64,000 bases of DNA, from NCBI GenBank assembly GCA_965285935.1, contig OZ260661.1:54312001-54376000 (forward strand), read 5' to 3'. The notes beneath the pieces were generated by a model. It was not told the DNA's origin. It saw only the letters and a list, made by a program, of their open reading frames with translations, and did no database searches. Shown piece by piece: positions 48,983-61,200 of the stretch (position 1 is its first letter; each line of letters starts with the position of its first letter). This DNA is from Ophelia neglecta (Eukaryota). Both the position numbers and the translations under genes were made by a program.

Positions 48983-50869
48983 CCTATCCGGCGACTTGGT
49001 ACACTTGGTACGTCGATGTAACCTATATAGGTTGGTATGTGTCTTAAATTTTCGATTAAAACCACCAGTTTAGGTCCAGTGTGACATGAAATAACATTTT
49101 TTAGCTGGTTAGTATGAGCTAAACCGAAATCCTACGAATGTTAATCTTCGAGTGGTAATCCTGACCTGTCCAGTCCTTGCTGGAAACAAATTAAATGGAA
49201 AACCCCAAAGATTTTGTATTTCAAATTTTAATATAAATAGGGTACAGTGGACGGGCAAAGTGTTCAAGGAATGAGCGGGGTCTCTGAAAGGGGCCGGGTC
49301 ACAGAAATGATGCAGTCTCTGACATAAGGTGGCGGGTGAATCATATAGTTTAACAGAAGCTGAAACCTGAACAAGAATTTGCACACTACCACCCCCCCCC
49401 CCACCCCCCTAGACCTAGTCCTGTGCTTCACTGCCTGCTTTGCTGCCATGGGAGTGGCGATGGAGGTCAGATTGAGATTGCTTGTCCCCCCCCCCCATAG
49501 TAATTGACCATCCCCTTAGACCCCCCTCCCCCCCTCCCAGTTCTCAAAAGGTCCCTTTTTTGCCAGCACACTTCCTTAAATGCCACCAAGAGTACACCCC
49601 CACCCCACCCCCACCCCCCCCACCCCCAGGGTCACACCACAAATGCCATGGACCAGCAGCAGTAAGGTTGGAGTCGGACCTTTTTTGGAGCACTTCTTAA
49701 GAAGAAACAATAAAATAAAGATCATGTAAAATGTTGGACATTCACATGCCTATCATGTCCCCTGAATTTGCCTGGGGACCCTCACATTTTGGCCATGTGC
49801 TTCCAATGCAAACCTTTCATTTTGACCGTCTGAGACCCCTGAAAATGTCAAATCTCCCACAATGCCATGGCCAAACATTGGCAACCCTGCTATAAAAAGG
49901 AGGTCAACTTAACATTATTGAATTTTTGGTGCGAGTCATTTTGTCTTTAGTGAGACGAAATATAGAAGGTTTAAAACAGTCAATGTTTTTCTCGCTCGAT
50001 TCTTATGTACTCAGGAAAATCAAAGGAAGGATGGATAGTAATGTCAACATGAATAAAGTGATGAGCTAATAAACACTCTAGAATCATTCAAAATTTTGCT
50101 TGGAATTTTTCCCTATTATTGCATTAACTATTCTGCAAACTTGCATCCCCCCAAATGATGAAAACAATGATCAATGTCTTGTACTGGTAGTAGAATGGGT
50201 GTTAGGTGTAGTTAGGAGAGGGTTTTGGGTGCTGGTTTGATGTGATGATCATAATGGCATTTCAGGGGAGGATTTCTAAAGCATTGTATAAATAAAGTCC
50301 CTATGAAGCAGGCAAGTGTGACCCAAAATATATTCTGCAAGAGCACCTTATATATTTACCTGATACATAAATTATACAGGTTGGCTAGAACATGAGACCT
50401 AAAGAGTACTGGGGATAAATTTCACATTAAATTTCAAATTGGATCCATAAGTTATTTTCCAAGCCTGAGGTATATTCTTTGAAAATTTGAGATAATGTAA
50501 CATTTTTCGGACAGCAATATTGAAAACAATGAAACAATTAATAACATTCTCAATTCCGCCGTTAGCGGTCATTGTGCAATACATGTATTTTTGACTGGCC
50601 GATTATTGTATGTACTTAAACTAAATTAAAAAACTCCCTGAACACTGCTGTGCACTAAAATCCTTCACTTCACTTTGATATCATTATTTCATAAAAATGA
50701 ACAATGGTCTTAGTTTAAATAACCACCCAAAAGGAATATAAAGAGTTAGACGTGTAAAAGTGCAGTGTATGAATATAACTACTATGTCCATTTTTATTGC
50801 AGGTTCAATTCTGTGGTCATTTCCAATTATAACCAAAATGGATGAAGCTAGTTTTCACTGCAACTAGCG

Positions 50870-52318
50870 ATGGTACTAAAGAATACAGAAGAAGATATAT
50901 CATTACTTAGCAGAGAATCCAGTGTGTTAGAAGAATCTTTGCTGATTTCCCCCACAAATGCTACAAGGTCCAAAATGAAAAACATAATATTTGCATCAGC
51001 ATGCAGTTACATAGGGGCTGTATCATTTGGCTATATGGTAGGGTACAGTTCTCCAGCTATTCCTCAGATGACAGGAGGAGAGAAATTGCTGGATGCATAT
51101 GCCGCATCTTGGTTTGGCTCAATTGCCACATTGGGAGCCATGCTTGGTTGCCCCTTGGCAGGCTGGCTGGTAGATAAAGCTGGGAGAAAACCAAGCCTTG
51201 CATTCTGTTCATTGCCATATATACTAGGCTGGTTTCTTATTATGATAAGCAGTTCAGTTACGTTCCTATGTTTAGGACGCCTGCTCACTGGAGTTGGAAG
51301 TGGAATGGCAACTGTGGCATGTCCTATGTATATCGCTGAGATCTCGCCCAAAGAATATCGTGGAATGTTTGGATCTGGTGTACAGCTGTTTCTCACTCTT
51401 GGAATACTCCTGGTTTATGTCTTGGGACTCTACATGGACTGGAGAACATTAGCATTGGTGGGTTTGATATTCCCCGTACTTGGAATCATTCTAACATTGA
51501 GGGTTCCTGAGACCCCAAGATACTCCTTGAAACATGGCAAGAGGCAGGAAGCTCTCAAGGCACTAGACTGGCTAAGAGGAACAAACCATGACATAGAAGA
51601 TGAATGCAGAGACATTGAAGAAAGCTTGGACATAGATACCACCATGTCCTGGACTGAATTTAAGAAACCGGAACTGCTTAAACCGTTGAAAGTAGCAGTT
51701 GGACTCATGTTTTTCCAACAGGTGATGGGGATAAATGCTGTGATGTTTTACACTGTCTCCATATTCCAGTCAGCTGGTTACAAAGAGAATGGGGGAATGG
51801 CGACTGTGATCATTGGAGTTTGCCAAGTGTTTGGCACTATTGTGGCTTGTGGGCTGATGGATCGCGCTGGACGCAGATTACTGCTTATTCTTGGCGGATT
51901 TGGAATGGCTGGCATGTGTTTCACAATGGGCTTATATTACTACATGAGCTCTTCACATCCTGAAGTAGCTAGCAATCTCAGTTGGTTAGCTTTGCTAAGT
52001 TTGGTTGGGTACATCCTGGCATTTTCCTTGGGATGGGGACCCATCCCAATGCTGTTGATGTCTGAAGTGTTCCCTGCCCGTGCCAGAGGCCCAGCTAGTG
52101 GCATAGCTTCTCTGGCTAACTGGGGATTTGCATTTTTGGTAACCAAAGAGTTTCAAGCTCTACAAGACATGCTGGGCCAGTCTGGTGCTTTCTGGTTCTT
52201 TGGAGTGTGTTGTGTTATTGCCATTGGGTTTGTGTGGAAAATGGTACCTGAGACCAAAGGAAAGTCACTTGAAGATATTGAACTGTATTTTCTTGGCAGG
52301 GCCATGAGAGGAATATAA
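50870..52318 (+). CDS. SLC2A8: MFS sugar transporter, GLUT8/SLC2A6-8 / Tret1-like, intronless CDS (copy B)
   Basis: 482-aa ORF. EDISLL and EESLLI dileucine-type motifs, GYSSPA, DKAGRK, PETPR, QQVMGINAVMFY, DRAGRR, GWGPIP, PETKGKSLEDIE. A splice acceptor TTGCAG at ~50802 implies a 5'UTR intron. Confidence 0.93.
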   Translation: MVLKNTEEDISLLSRESSVLEESLLISPTNATRSKMKNIIFASACSYIGAVSFGYMVGYSSPAIPQMTGGEKLLDAYAASWFGSIATLGAMLGCPLAGWLVDKAGRKPSLAFCSLPYILGWFLIMISSSVTFLCLGRLLTGVGSGMATVACPMYIAEISPKEYRGMFGSGVQLFLTLGILLVYVLGLYMDWRTLALVGLIFPVLGIILTLRVPETPRYSLKHGKRQEALKALDWLRGTNHDIEDECRDIEESLDIDTTMSWTEFKKPELLKPLKVAVGLMFFQQVMGINAVMFYTVSIFQSAGYKENGGMATVIIGVCQVFGTIVACGLMDRAGRRLLLILGGFGMAGMCFTMGLYYYMSSSHPEVASNLSWLALLSLVGYILAFSLGWGPIPMLLMSEVFPARARGPASGIASLANWGFAFLVTKEFQALQDMLGQSGAFWFFGVCCVIAIGFVWKMVPETKGKSLEDIELYFLGRAMRGI

Positions 52319-54216
52319 ATTTGATATGTGACAGATTCAAACCTTGTCCAATTGCTTGAACTAAACATTTTTTAAGTGCTTACATGTACTTGAGGGAGAC
52401 TTCGCATGGGTAAAGGTTTTCAAACATATTAACTGACCTTTTGTGTTTAAGTTTGTTATAGTTTTGTATGAGAAATGTATGTAAATACAAAATTTAGAAT
52501 TTAAATAAAGCTTAAAATATGAATACCGGTATACACCAGATTTGGTTCACCCAAAGCATTATTATAGAATACAATAGTAAATGCGGTGTTAAGTATGACA
52601 AAGGACTTAGAAATTCCAGTTGAACATTCCATTATAAATTGACCTTGTCTTTTTCATTCTCATTATTCTAGCAGGTTGTACCCTATGCAAACTGGCGTCT
52701 ATTTTCGCCGTTTGTGCAGTTGGTTTCAAAACCATGACTAGTGCCTGACAGCTGCTTACCCTGTCTACACTAGTGATGCCTTTAAAAAGCCACCTATACA
52801 ACCAATGAAATAGAACCCTAGGTTCTTTGCTTAGTGTTCTATAAGATCAAACAATATACTAATCATAGACGGCCACTTTGAACCTGGGCATGTTGAATCT
52901 CAAGCTGTATTAACATTGAATATATCACTTAGTACTAGTAAATCAGTTTGCAATGATGTTTGTTAAAATGTGATGTAGCAGTTTTTTAGATCTGCTAATT
53001 GTTATATATCAGTGAAAATATTTAAGATTTTACCTTTTTCAAATGACGATTGATTTATCTTGAAAACTTTAACCATAAATTGTATATTATTATGCTTATA
53101 CATGCTCTATTTTCAAGGAAAATATTATTGGCTTGCTCATCACTTAAGTTTTGTTTGCACATATCATAAATGATAATTGTATTGATGGCATATGAGGTTC
53201 AACTGGTTGATACTGTTATGTGGACATTAGGACTAATTCATCAATTTTGGGGGCTTTCCTGGATCTTACGATTTATGAGGCATTGCATCTGTTAAGAACA
53301 TGCCGCCTATATTGTTGCTCGAGGTAGATGGTTATATATATATATATATATATTGTGAGCTATATTAAATGTTACTGATTTAAGTAATATGATACTGATA
53401 TCCTTTTTGGCTTTTCTTCACATCTAAATACACACTGTACATATAAAATTTTTGCCTCCACTTATTTTTTGCGCTTCTTAACGAAATATTCAATACAGTT
53501 TCAAGGAGAAATTGATATATCTTCTTTACCATGACACGTACACCTAGAACTATTGTTCAAAGGCTTCAGTAAAGAATGCGCTGCAAATTTAGGGGCATTA
53601 ACTACTTGAATTTTAAATAAATTTATAGGACCACACTGGACCATATATAATTTATGCCAAGGGAAGGTTAAAACTGGGGAAGGGGGGTGATATGGATTTT
53701 GCTTGGGATGTATGAATTATGTGTTCAGGGGTCAAGTAAAATTTCTAACCATTTCTCTCGCACTGAATTTTTGAACACCAGCTGATGGGTACTTTGCACA
53801 GCTGCTTGCATGCCACCAGCACTTGCATTCATCAACTATTGATTTTTCTCCCCCCCCCCCCCCATAAACTGTCTTGTATTTGGAAAACCCTTTGGTAACT
53901 TTTCCTCCCCTGCATTTTAAGCAACACATGAGAAGCTGTGGCTCACATTTAATTATGCTGACATAACTGTACGCCACTCTAGTTTTCCCACTACCTGTCT
54001 CTACTACTTTACTGTGAACTATATACTTAATATATATAGATCTATACATGGTATAAATAGGCATAGTGACACTGGCAGAATTCTGTAAACATATAGGCCT
54101 ATTTGGAAATAAAATGTGCGCTTGTCATTATCATATAGGCGCAATGTGCTCCTATATAGGAATACAGGGGCATGCGCTTATACGTGGGACACACATATTT
54201 TTTAGCGAAATGCTTA

Positions 54217-54866
54217 CCGTATTATCGCGCATGCGCCTATAAGCGAATTTTCTCTTTTTTCCTGTCGCTTAAAAAATACAAGTGTCCCGCGTATAAGCGC
54301 ATGCGTCTGTAATTAAATACACCATGCACCTATATATGATGCATATATTAATGCATACACTATACACAGCTGGACACTGACTACGAGAGGGATTAACGTT
54401 ACGGTACATGAAAGTCCAGAAGATAAGCCTCATTGTCATGGGGGGGAGGGGTCCTCCCCCATCTCAGGGATATTCAATAAATATTGCAGGGGGCAGGAGG
54501 TGCGGCGACAATATTTAAAAATGTGTTTCGGAGTAAGGGTATACCTTCTGCACACACGCAAACCACTACGCTCACATGCAATCGCACACACACGCTTTCC
54601 TGGATTTACTGTTCAGGGCCATAAGAATAATGAAAAAAAAACCGCCTCAGGTGTCTCTTTTCCACTTTTACGTATTTTCTTCTCCTGGCCAAATTCCCCG
54701 AATTGACCTCCTTTGCCGGCTTGAATATGTACAACTGCCTTGCTTATAGGCGAAAGCGCTTGTATTCGAATATACATGTATAAGCGCACCCTCGAATATA
54801 GGCGCATGCGCATATATGCGCGATAATATGGTATAAGCACATGCACCTATATGCACGATAATACGG
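54217..54866. mobile_element. MITE with TA target duplication (Tc2-like CCGTA ends)
   Basis: TA|CCGTATTATCG ... CGATAATACGG|TA. Internal TATAAGCGCA(TGCG) repeats. Confidence 0.8.
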
Positions 54867-55246
54867 TAGCGTTTTTAGAGCCCGTTCCTTATTTGCGCGT
54901 GATGCTCAAAAAACTTTGTTCCCGAAAGTTCCTACGCCCATTGTCCACCTTGGATCTTTTTTAAAAACCTGGTTATAGAAAATGAGCAAAAAGTCTTGCA
55001 CAAAAAATGTAACCTCAATTTGATAATGTACCGTATAGGGTCAATAAAACCATCCAAGGTTTCTAGTAAGTAGTGGAACTTATTTTCGGTTATTTTCCCT
55101 GTTATTCGCCAGGGAGAAGCACCGTTCCTGGAGACCTAAAAGGCCTGAGTGGACATGACAAATATCACGTTTGCATCTGAAAGGCAAGCTCATTGTTACA
55201 CTGGGTAAATCAGACACTCAGGGATTTATTAAAGTGCCAAACAAAC

Positions 55247-58200
55247 ATGAGGTTATCGGCACATTTTCTGAGAAAGTTTTCTCCCCTGATTGATCGATAT
55301 TCCAGATTTCATCCGAGTGTTCTTTCGATTCAAACATTCTTGGATTTCGGTAAGTCTGAGACTAATACATACATCTATCTTCAACTCAGGGGAGTGTACG
55401 TCAGGTCATGCATCCCCAGCACCCGCTGAACATAATGGGATCGTCTAATGCATGAACGCACGCGCAACTTAATATGGGGAAAATTTCCTTGCTTGCAATT
55501 AATATTTTCATAGATTATAGATCCGCCAAAATATTCTATGCATCATAATGGTTTGGTCTGTTACTTCTAATCCTTTCTCCAGCACTCATAAAAACACCTG
55601 ACCCAGAAAATGCTTTATGGCGAAACGCAAATACGTAAAGGTCACGCTGTGGAAACAGCTGATTACTGAAGCCTGTTTAAGAGTTTAAGGTCAGGGGTCA
55701 AGGACGTTGCCTTGTTTTCGTATGGAAAAGCTGTTATCCTGAAATGACACAGTGGAACATTTTCAAGTCAAGACTGGCGGAATCCGCGCATGAACAGATA
55801 AAAGGAGCAGCACACGGCGAAGATTCATTGCATCGTTTGCTACGTGTGGTTTTTGAGTATACATTCCTACTAACAGAAACAAACAAGACATTAACTCAGT
55901 ACTGTTGTATGGTTGGACTTTCAGGATACGTTTCTGTCCATGTTTCTTAGAAGCAGCTGTCATTGTTGCAGCAGCATGGTTTTGCACCAAGAACAGCATT
56001 TTACGAAACTTATTTTACTGGGAAAACATTGGACGGTCCTGCACAACAGTAGAAATCATTCGAATTTATCACTGGAACCTAGATTTGGGTTAGTAATTGA
56101 GGAACATAGAATTTCCTCTTTAGACAGTATTTTAGTGTCAAAACACACTCTAAGCTAACCAAAGAGGACATGTCATTTCAAAGTGTGTTGTTTTTCTCTA
56201 AATCTGTTCAATTCTGAGTGGTACTTGAAAAACAGTCGTTGAATGGCCCCTCTTGAGTCAAACATCAAATATCAATCGAAGAACTCCTACTAACTGGAAA
56301 AGGACTGCAGAATCGCTTGTATTATGTTTTGTATTGGTACATTCTGGAAATCTATTATCGCAACAAACATTTGAAACCACAAGTTGTCTGGCAGTCTATG
56401 GCACCACCATTCCAATTCATTTTGAATTTAATACAGCACGCTAGTTAGCAATACACAGCAGAATGCGGCTTTTTGTTGGACTTTGTCAGGTCAGCCGCGC
56501 ACTTGGAGCCCCTGTGTCAAAATTTTCAAGTGCAAGGAGGCTGAAAGAAAGTTTAGAAAAGTATGCTGCCTACCATCCTACCACCCTAACATTGGAGAGT
56601 ATGTATGACTTCGGTGAGTAACTCGAGATGAAAAACTTGTTCTGTGTATTTCCCTTTATAAATCTTGTCTGTATCTCCCTTTTCCCTAAAGCTTTCATTT
56701 ATTCATAAAAATAATTTCACAACATTTCTTCCCTGGTTTATTAACAGCGAAGATGTATGTGTGTCTTTTTTTCTAAACATGATAATGAATACATTCAGTC
56801 TACATGTATAAACATGTTGCTTGTGGAATTGCTTTTGTAGAGAAAGGGGAAAGGGCAATTTAATTAAATCGCCTCCCCATCCGTCACTGGCTCTACACTT
56901 ATTTAGGGACATTGGCAAATTTTGCTGTCCTAATTGTTGTGTGCACGACCAATGTTATCTTTAAATTTGCCCATCATTTACTTTGTGGTTAAAGCTATAT
57001 ACATGTACGTGTATCTAGTTAGCGCATGACAAAAATGTAAATTAAAAATTTTTCTTTAGATTTAGATTAGAACCATTGGATGAACAGTTCGATCCTCATG
57101 TATTAGGATTTAGAATTTCCTAGTTTTTGTTGCGAAGTCTGTTCCATATACGTGTACATATATATTAGTGGTGTTATGATGATCGAGTATAATGAAGTTT
57201 GTCACTTGCCTGTTCTAACCAAGAGCTTGAAAGAAATAATCAATAATCAATTTAATAAAATATATTTGTCAATTTTAAGTCACTAGTATCAGATGGTTTT
57301 TCTTCCAAGTTGAAGTTGTGAATTTGCTGTTTCAAAAAAGATTCTTTGTAGGAAAATATAGATTTATTGTTTCTTTGATAAGGACAATAATCCTTTGTTA
57401 ATCCTACTTGTCTCACGTTTATGTATACATGTATAACATGACAATCTCATGCATGTACAAACTGGCCATGATGTGAAATTCAGGTGCAATAATTTCCCAG
57501 TAAAATGCTTGCCCCTTGACCTTTCCTGTGCTAACTGATTATGTAATATGTGTTGATCAGTTCATTGTGTACTGCCAATGATTGATTGTGAAGTTGGCAC
57601 CAATTGACAACACTAATGTATATATACACAGGCATGATTCCTTATCATATGTGATCCATTACACCACCAGGACTCATTGCAATAAATTCAGTGAGTCCTA
57701 GGACTCATTGATCTCAATTTGTAACAAAATCTCTGCACCAGGGTACAATCGGGTCACACCATAAAAATTTAATTTGAATATTAGGTATGTCATCAGTCCT
57801 CTAGCTACCATTGTGCCTTAAGGAAAAACATTAAAACACACTGAAACATGCCTCCTTTACCTGCTTTTTATTTACCTCAGTGCACATTTTCCTTTACAAA
57901 ATGAAACTGCTCTAAATGCCAAATTCCAAAATATTCACATCTTTTTTAGTTTGTGTTTTTTTGTTGTGGTTTTTCCTCAATGTAAATTTTGAAATTTTCT
58001 GTGTTTCTCAAATAATTTGGACACCAAATAGAGATCTGCATGGAAACATATTCTGTGGTAATTGTGGACAAACCATCTACTAAAGGATCAGATTGTTGAA
58101 CACATGGCCTACTGAGTACTGACTTGGGTATATATACACTAATATACAATTATACATGTTTCAGCAAATGGCATTGTTCTATTGTACATAATTGTATCTC

Positions 58201-61200
58201 TCTACTTGTTTGAAATGTGATCGAGGTAAACAATTCCATTGTTTACAGTTTATTGCCGATAGTGTCCATGTGCTCATATTGATACCTTTGATACCTGCAG
58301 AATTTTGGCCACGTTCTTAGTTACATATGATAGAATAGGCCTATTGTTGTCTATTTGTACAAGCAAACTCAGTACAAAAGTTAGTAAAAGTTTGCCACCA
58401 CTGAGAGCACAAAACCAAGTATGGGGGTGATCTCGTATGGTGGTGATCTCAAAGCTAGATGGACATGGTGTCTACTGTTGTCTAAAGTTATGGCTATAAA
58501 TAATTGTCCAATGTGCAGTGTATACATGTATCTTTAATAACCCATGTTCTTTCCGTTGAACATTATATTCCACAATGTAATAAAAGTTTAACTTTTATTA
58601 AAGTAAAAACATTATGATTTATACATACATGTATATGTGTACGATAATTATCCAATTTTGGCCAGATGACCTAGTGAACCTAATTTATATTAAAGGACAC
58701 TGCGTCACTGCCAATTCAGGACTCAATCATTCCAATCCTGGAGCATCCTTCATTTTCAGGAGTCACTCTATAAACTATCTTTAAAACAAGATTCTGAATC
58801 AAAATTTATTTTTCCTGCATTATATTCATGTATAAGATGCGCTTTAGACCAAGTCACGCTGTTCTGGCCTAGTATTCATGCTGTTCTGGCCTAGTATGGT
58901 GGTTTGGCAGATAACGAGGACACCCATATATAATGCAACTGTATGAACGCATAATTCAGGGTATAAAATATGGTATAATATGGGTCCAGGTCCCAACTGG
59001 ATGCTGGTCTAGGTATGCTAGTTTGTTTATGCATTATGAATACATAGTAGTAGATATTCAGAACTATTGTTTGCATGAATTATGATAATAATAAGCATTA
59101 TTATTATTTGTAAATTCAGTTTAGAGATTTTAGACTAATGCCACTATTTCCTTGGGACTTTGAGGTGCAATAACTATTTACAGGACTGGTTCTTGTATGC
59201 AATAGGTAATGATTAAATAATTATGAAATTTTATTAATTTTAGAAAATTATGCTTTCAGGAACTGGCAAGAATGCTTGCGCTAAAAAATCTTTCCTGTTC
59301 TTACGCAAAGAGCTGCCGGTTCGGCTCGCTAACATTATGAAAGAAATAAACCTGCTGCCAGAACAGCTATTGGGCATGCCTTCAGTCAAATTGGTAGAAG
59401 GATGGTAAGTCAATTTTTAAGGTATCCTAACACCTACAGGAAAACAAATATCAGCACATTTTCAGAAATTCAGGAATTTTCAGACATCTGCCTAATAAGC
59501 ATTTTCTTTAATAAGAGTCTTTTGACACAAATGAGCACAAGTGGTTAACAAGTTTCATAAGCTAGAGATTGTTCTGCAGACAAAATTCCAATGATGTGAA
59601 CTTGCCTGTGGTGGATAAAGCAGGCTTGTTCTGGCAAGCATATGTTGCAAATTTGGCTGAAACGAATTTAAAATAATATTTATCAAAGTATACATTTTCC
59701 ACTGAAAACCAACAATGGATTTCTTATATTAAATTTCTGTTAACCAATACTTTAGAAGATGATACATTTTTGTGATTTTTATTATTGCAAAAATTAATTT
59801 TGTCAAATGGAAATCTCAAATTATCATACTAATGTGTTCTACCTTTAAAAATGATGTATCTTCATTTTTGTTGTTGTTTTGATATTTATATCAAATACTA
59901 GTATGCCATTGCTCTGCCTATATTTATGGCAAATGCTAGATTTTATACTGTCAGTTTGTCTTCTGCTTGCATAGATTAGATTTGTCCATTACGCGTGTCC
60001 AATGATGTATTGTTCTAACCCCTTTCAAGTAGAAAAACAACATAATTTATGAAAGCATAGGCAATTTCAAGTAGCCTTGCAAAATTTAGCACCGCCGGCC
60101 AAAATGCTCACACTGTGGCACCAGAAACGCGGCTGTGGAATGTATGCAAGTGCAAACGACAGCAAAAATGCCTTATTATGCTTTTGTGATGTTTGTAAAC
60201 AAGTATTGTTTTTTATACAGTAATTTCTGAAAGAAATGTATAATTGCTTAACGCTAGCTTCATTTGTGTTGCTAATTGTTGAAATAAACATATTTTTGCT
60301 GGAAAATGACATCAAAGTGGATAATGTGGAAAGCTTTTGACTGATAATGCACAATTGGATTTTTACCCCACCATTTCTTTGAAAAAAAGTTGGGGAGATA
60401 TGCATTGGCCAGTTCCTCTGCCGCTGCAGTCATTTTTTTGGGAATAGCTCGGCAACTGTTAGGCCTAAAGTAATTGTATTTATTCCACAGGTATGTTATA
60501 TAGGCCTGGTGCCTTATATGGCGCCACCCTCATGCCTGTACTACTTTCTCTACAGCAAAATTACTAAGCTTAGCTTATCTTAAACTGTGATCTTAGTCCA
60601 CATTGCATCAGCCAACTGATAAGCCCTGGGATTGGCCTAGGCCTGGGATCTGATGAGGCCTGGGATCTGATGAGGTCTGGGGGGCAGGGAGGGGGGTCTG
60701 GGCTCCCCCCCCCCCAACAACAAAATTTGGGCAAACATTCTTTTTACTACCCCCTTTATTTGGTGGGGGGCTTTGGTTTCAAAATGCCTTGTTTAATCTT
60801 CTTTTAAACTAAGTTGCCAAATGTGAATAGAACAATGATTCACTTGTTAAATAATAGTCAGGAGAAGTGCTTAAGAAATATATCGTGCACCTTTGGTAAA
60901 CTGGTGAATTTGTAACTTGATTGCTTTATAAATATTTGGTTTGAATCATACAGATAGGCCAGGTCATGTGGTGTCATTTCCAGATAACACCTAGACAATC
61001 TCCTGTTTAAGGTCAAAACATGTCCAGGACCCTTATTATGCTTATTTCTCATCTATGATTTATGATATAATGGGGGGAGGGGAGTAGAAGGGGCAAGTTT
61101 AAACTTAGCTGTAGCTTATCACATACTTAGGGGTCAGGTATTGTTAATATTATTCTGACTCGTGTTGCAAAAAAATATATTGCATAGTTTAGATTCTGAG

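Noticed and set aside
49380-49630. Poly-C/G tracts giving proline-rich ORFs
   Set aside because: Low-complexity homopolymers common across the window; no coding evidence.
44876-52368. Antisense and alternative-frame ORFs overlapping the two transporters
   Set aside because: Shadows of real CDSs with no recognisable motifs.
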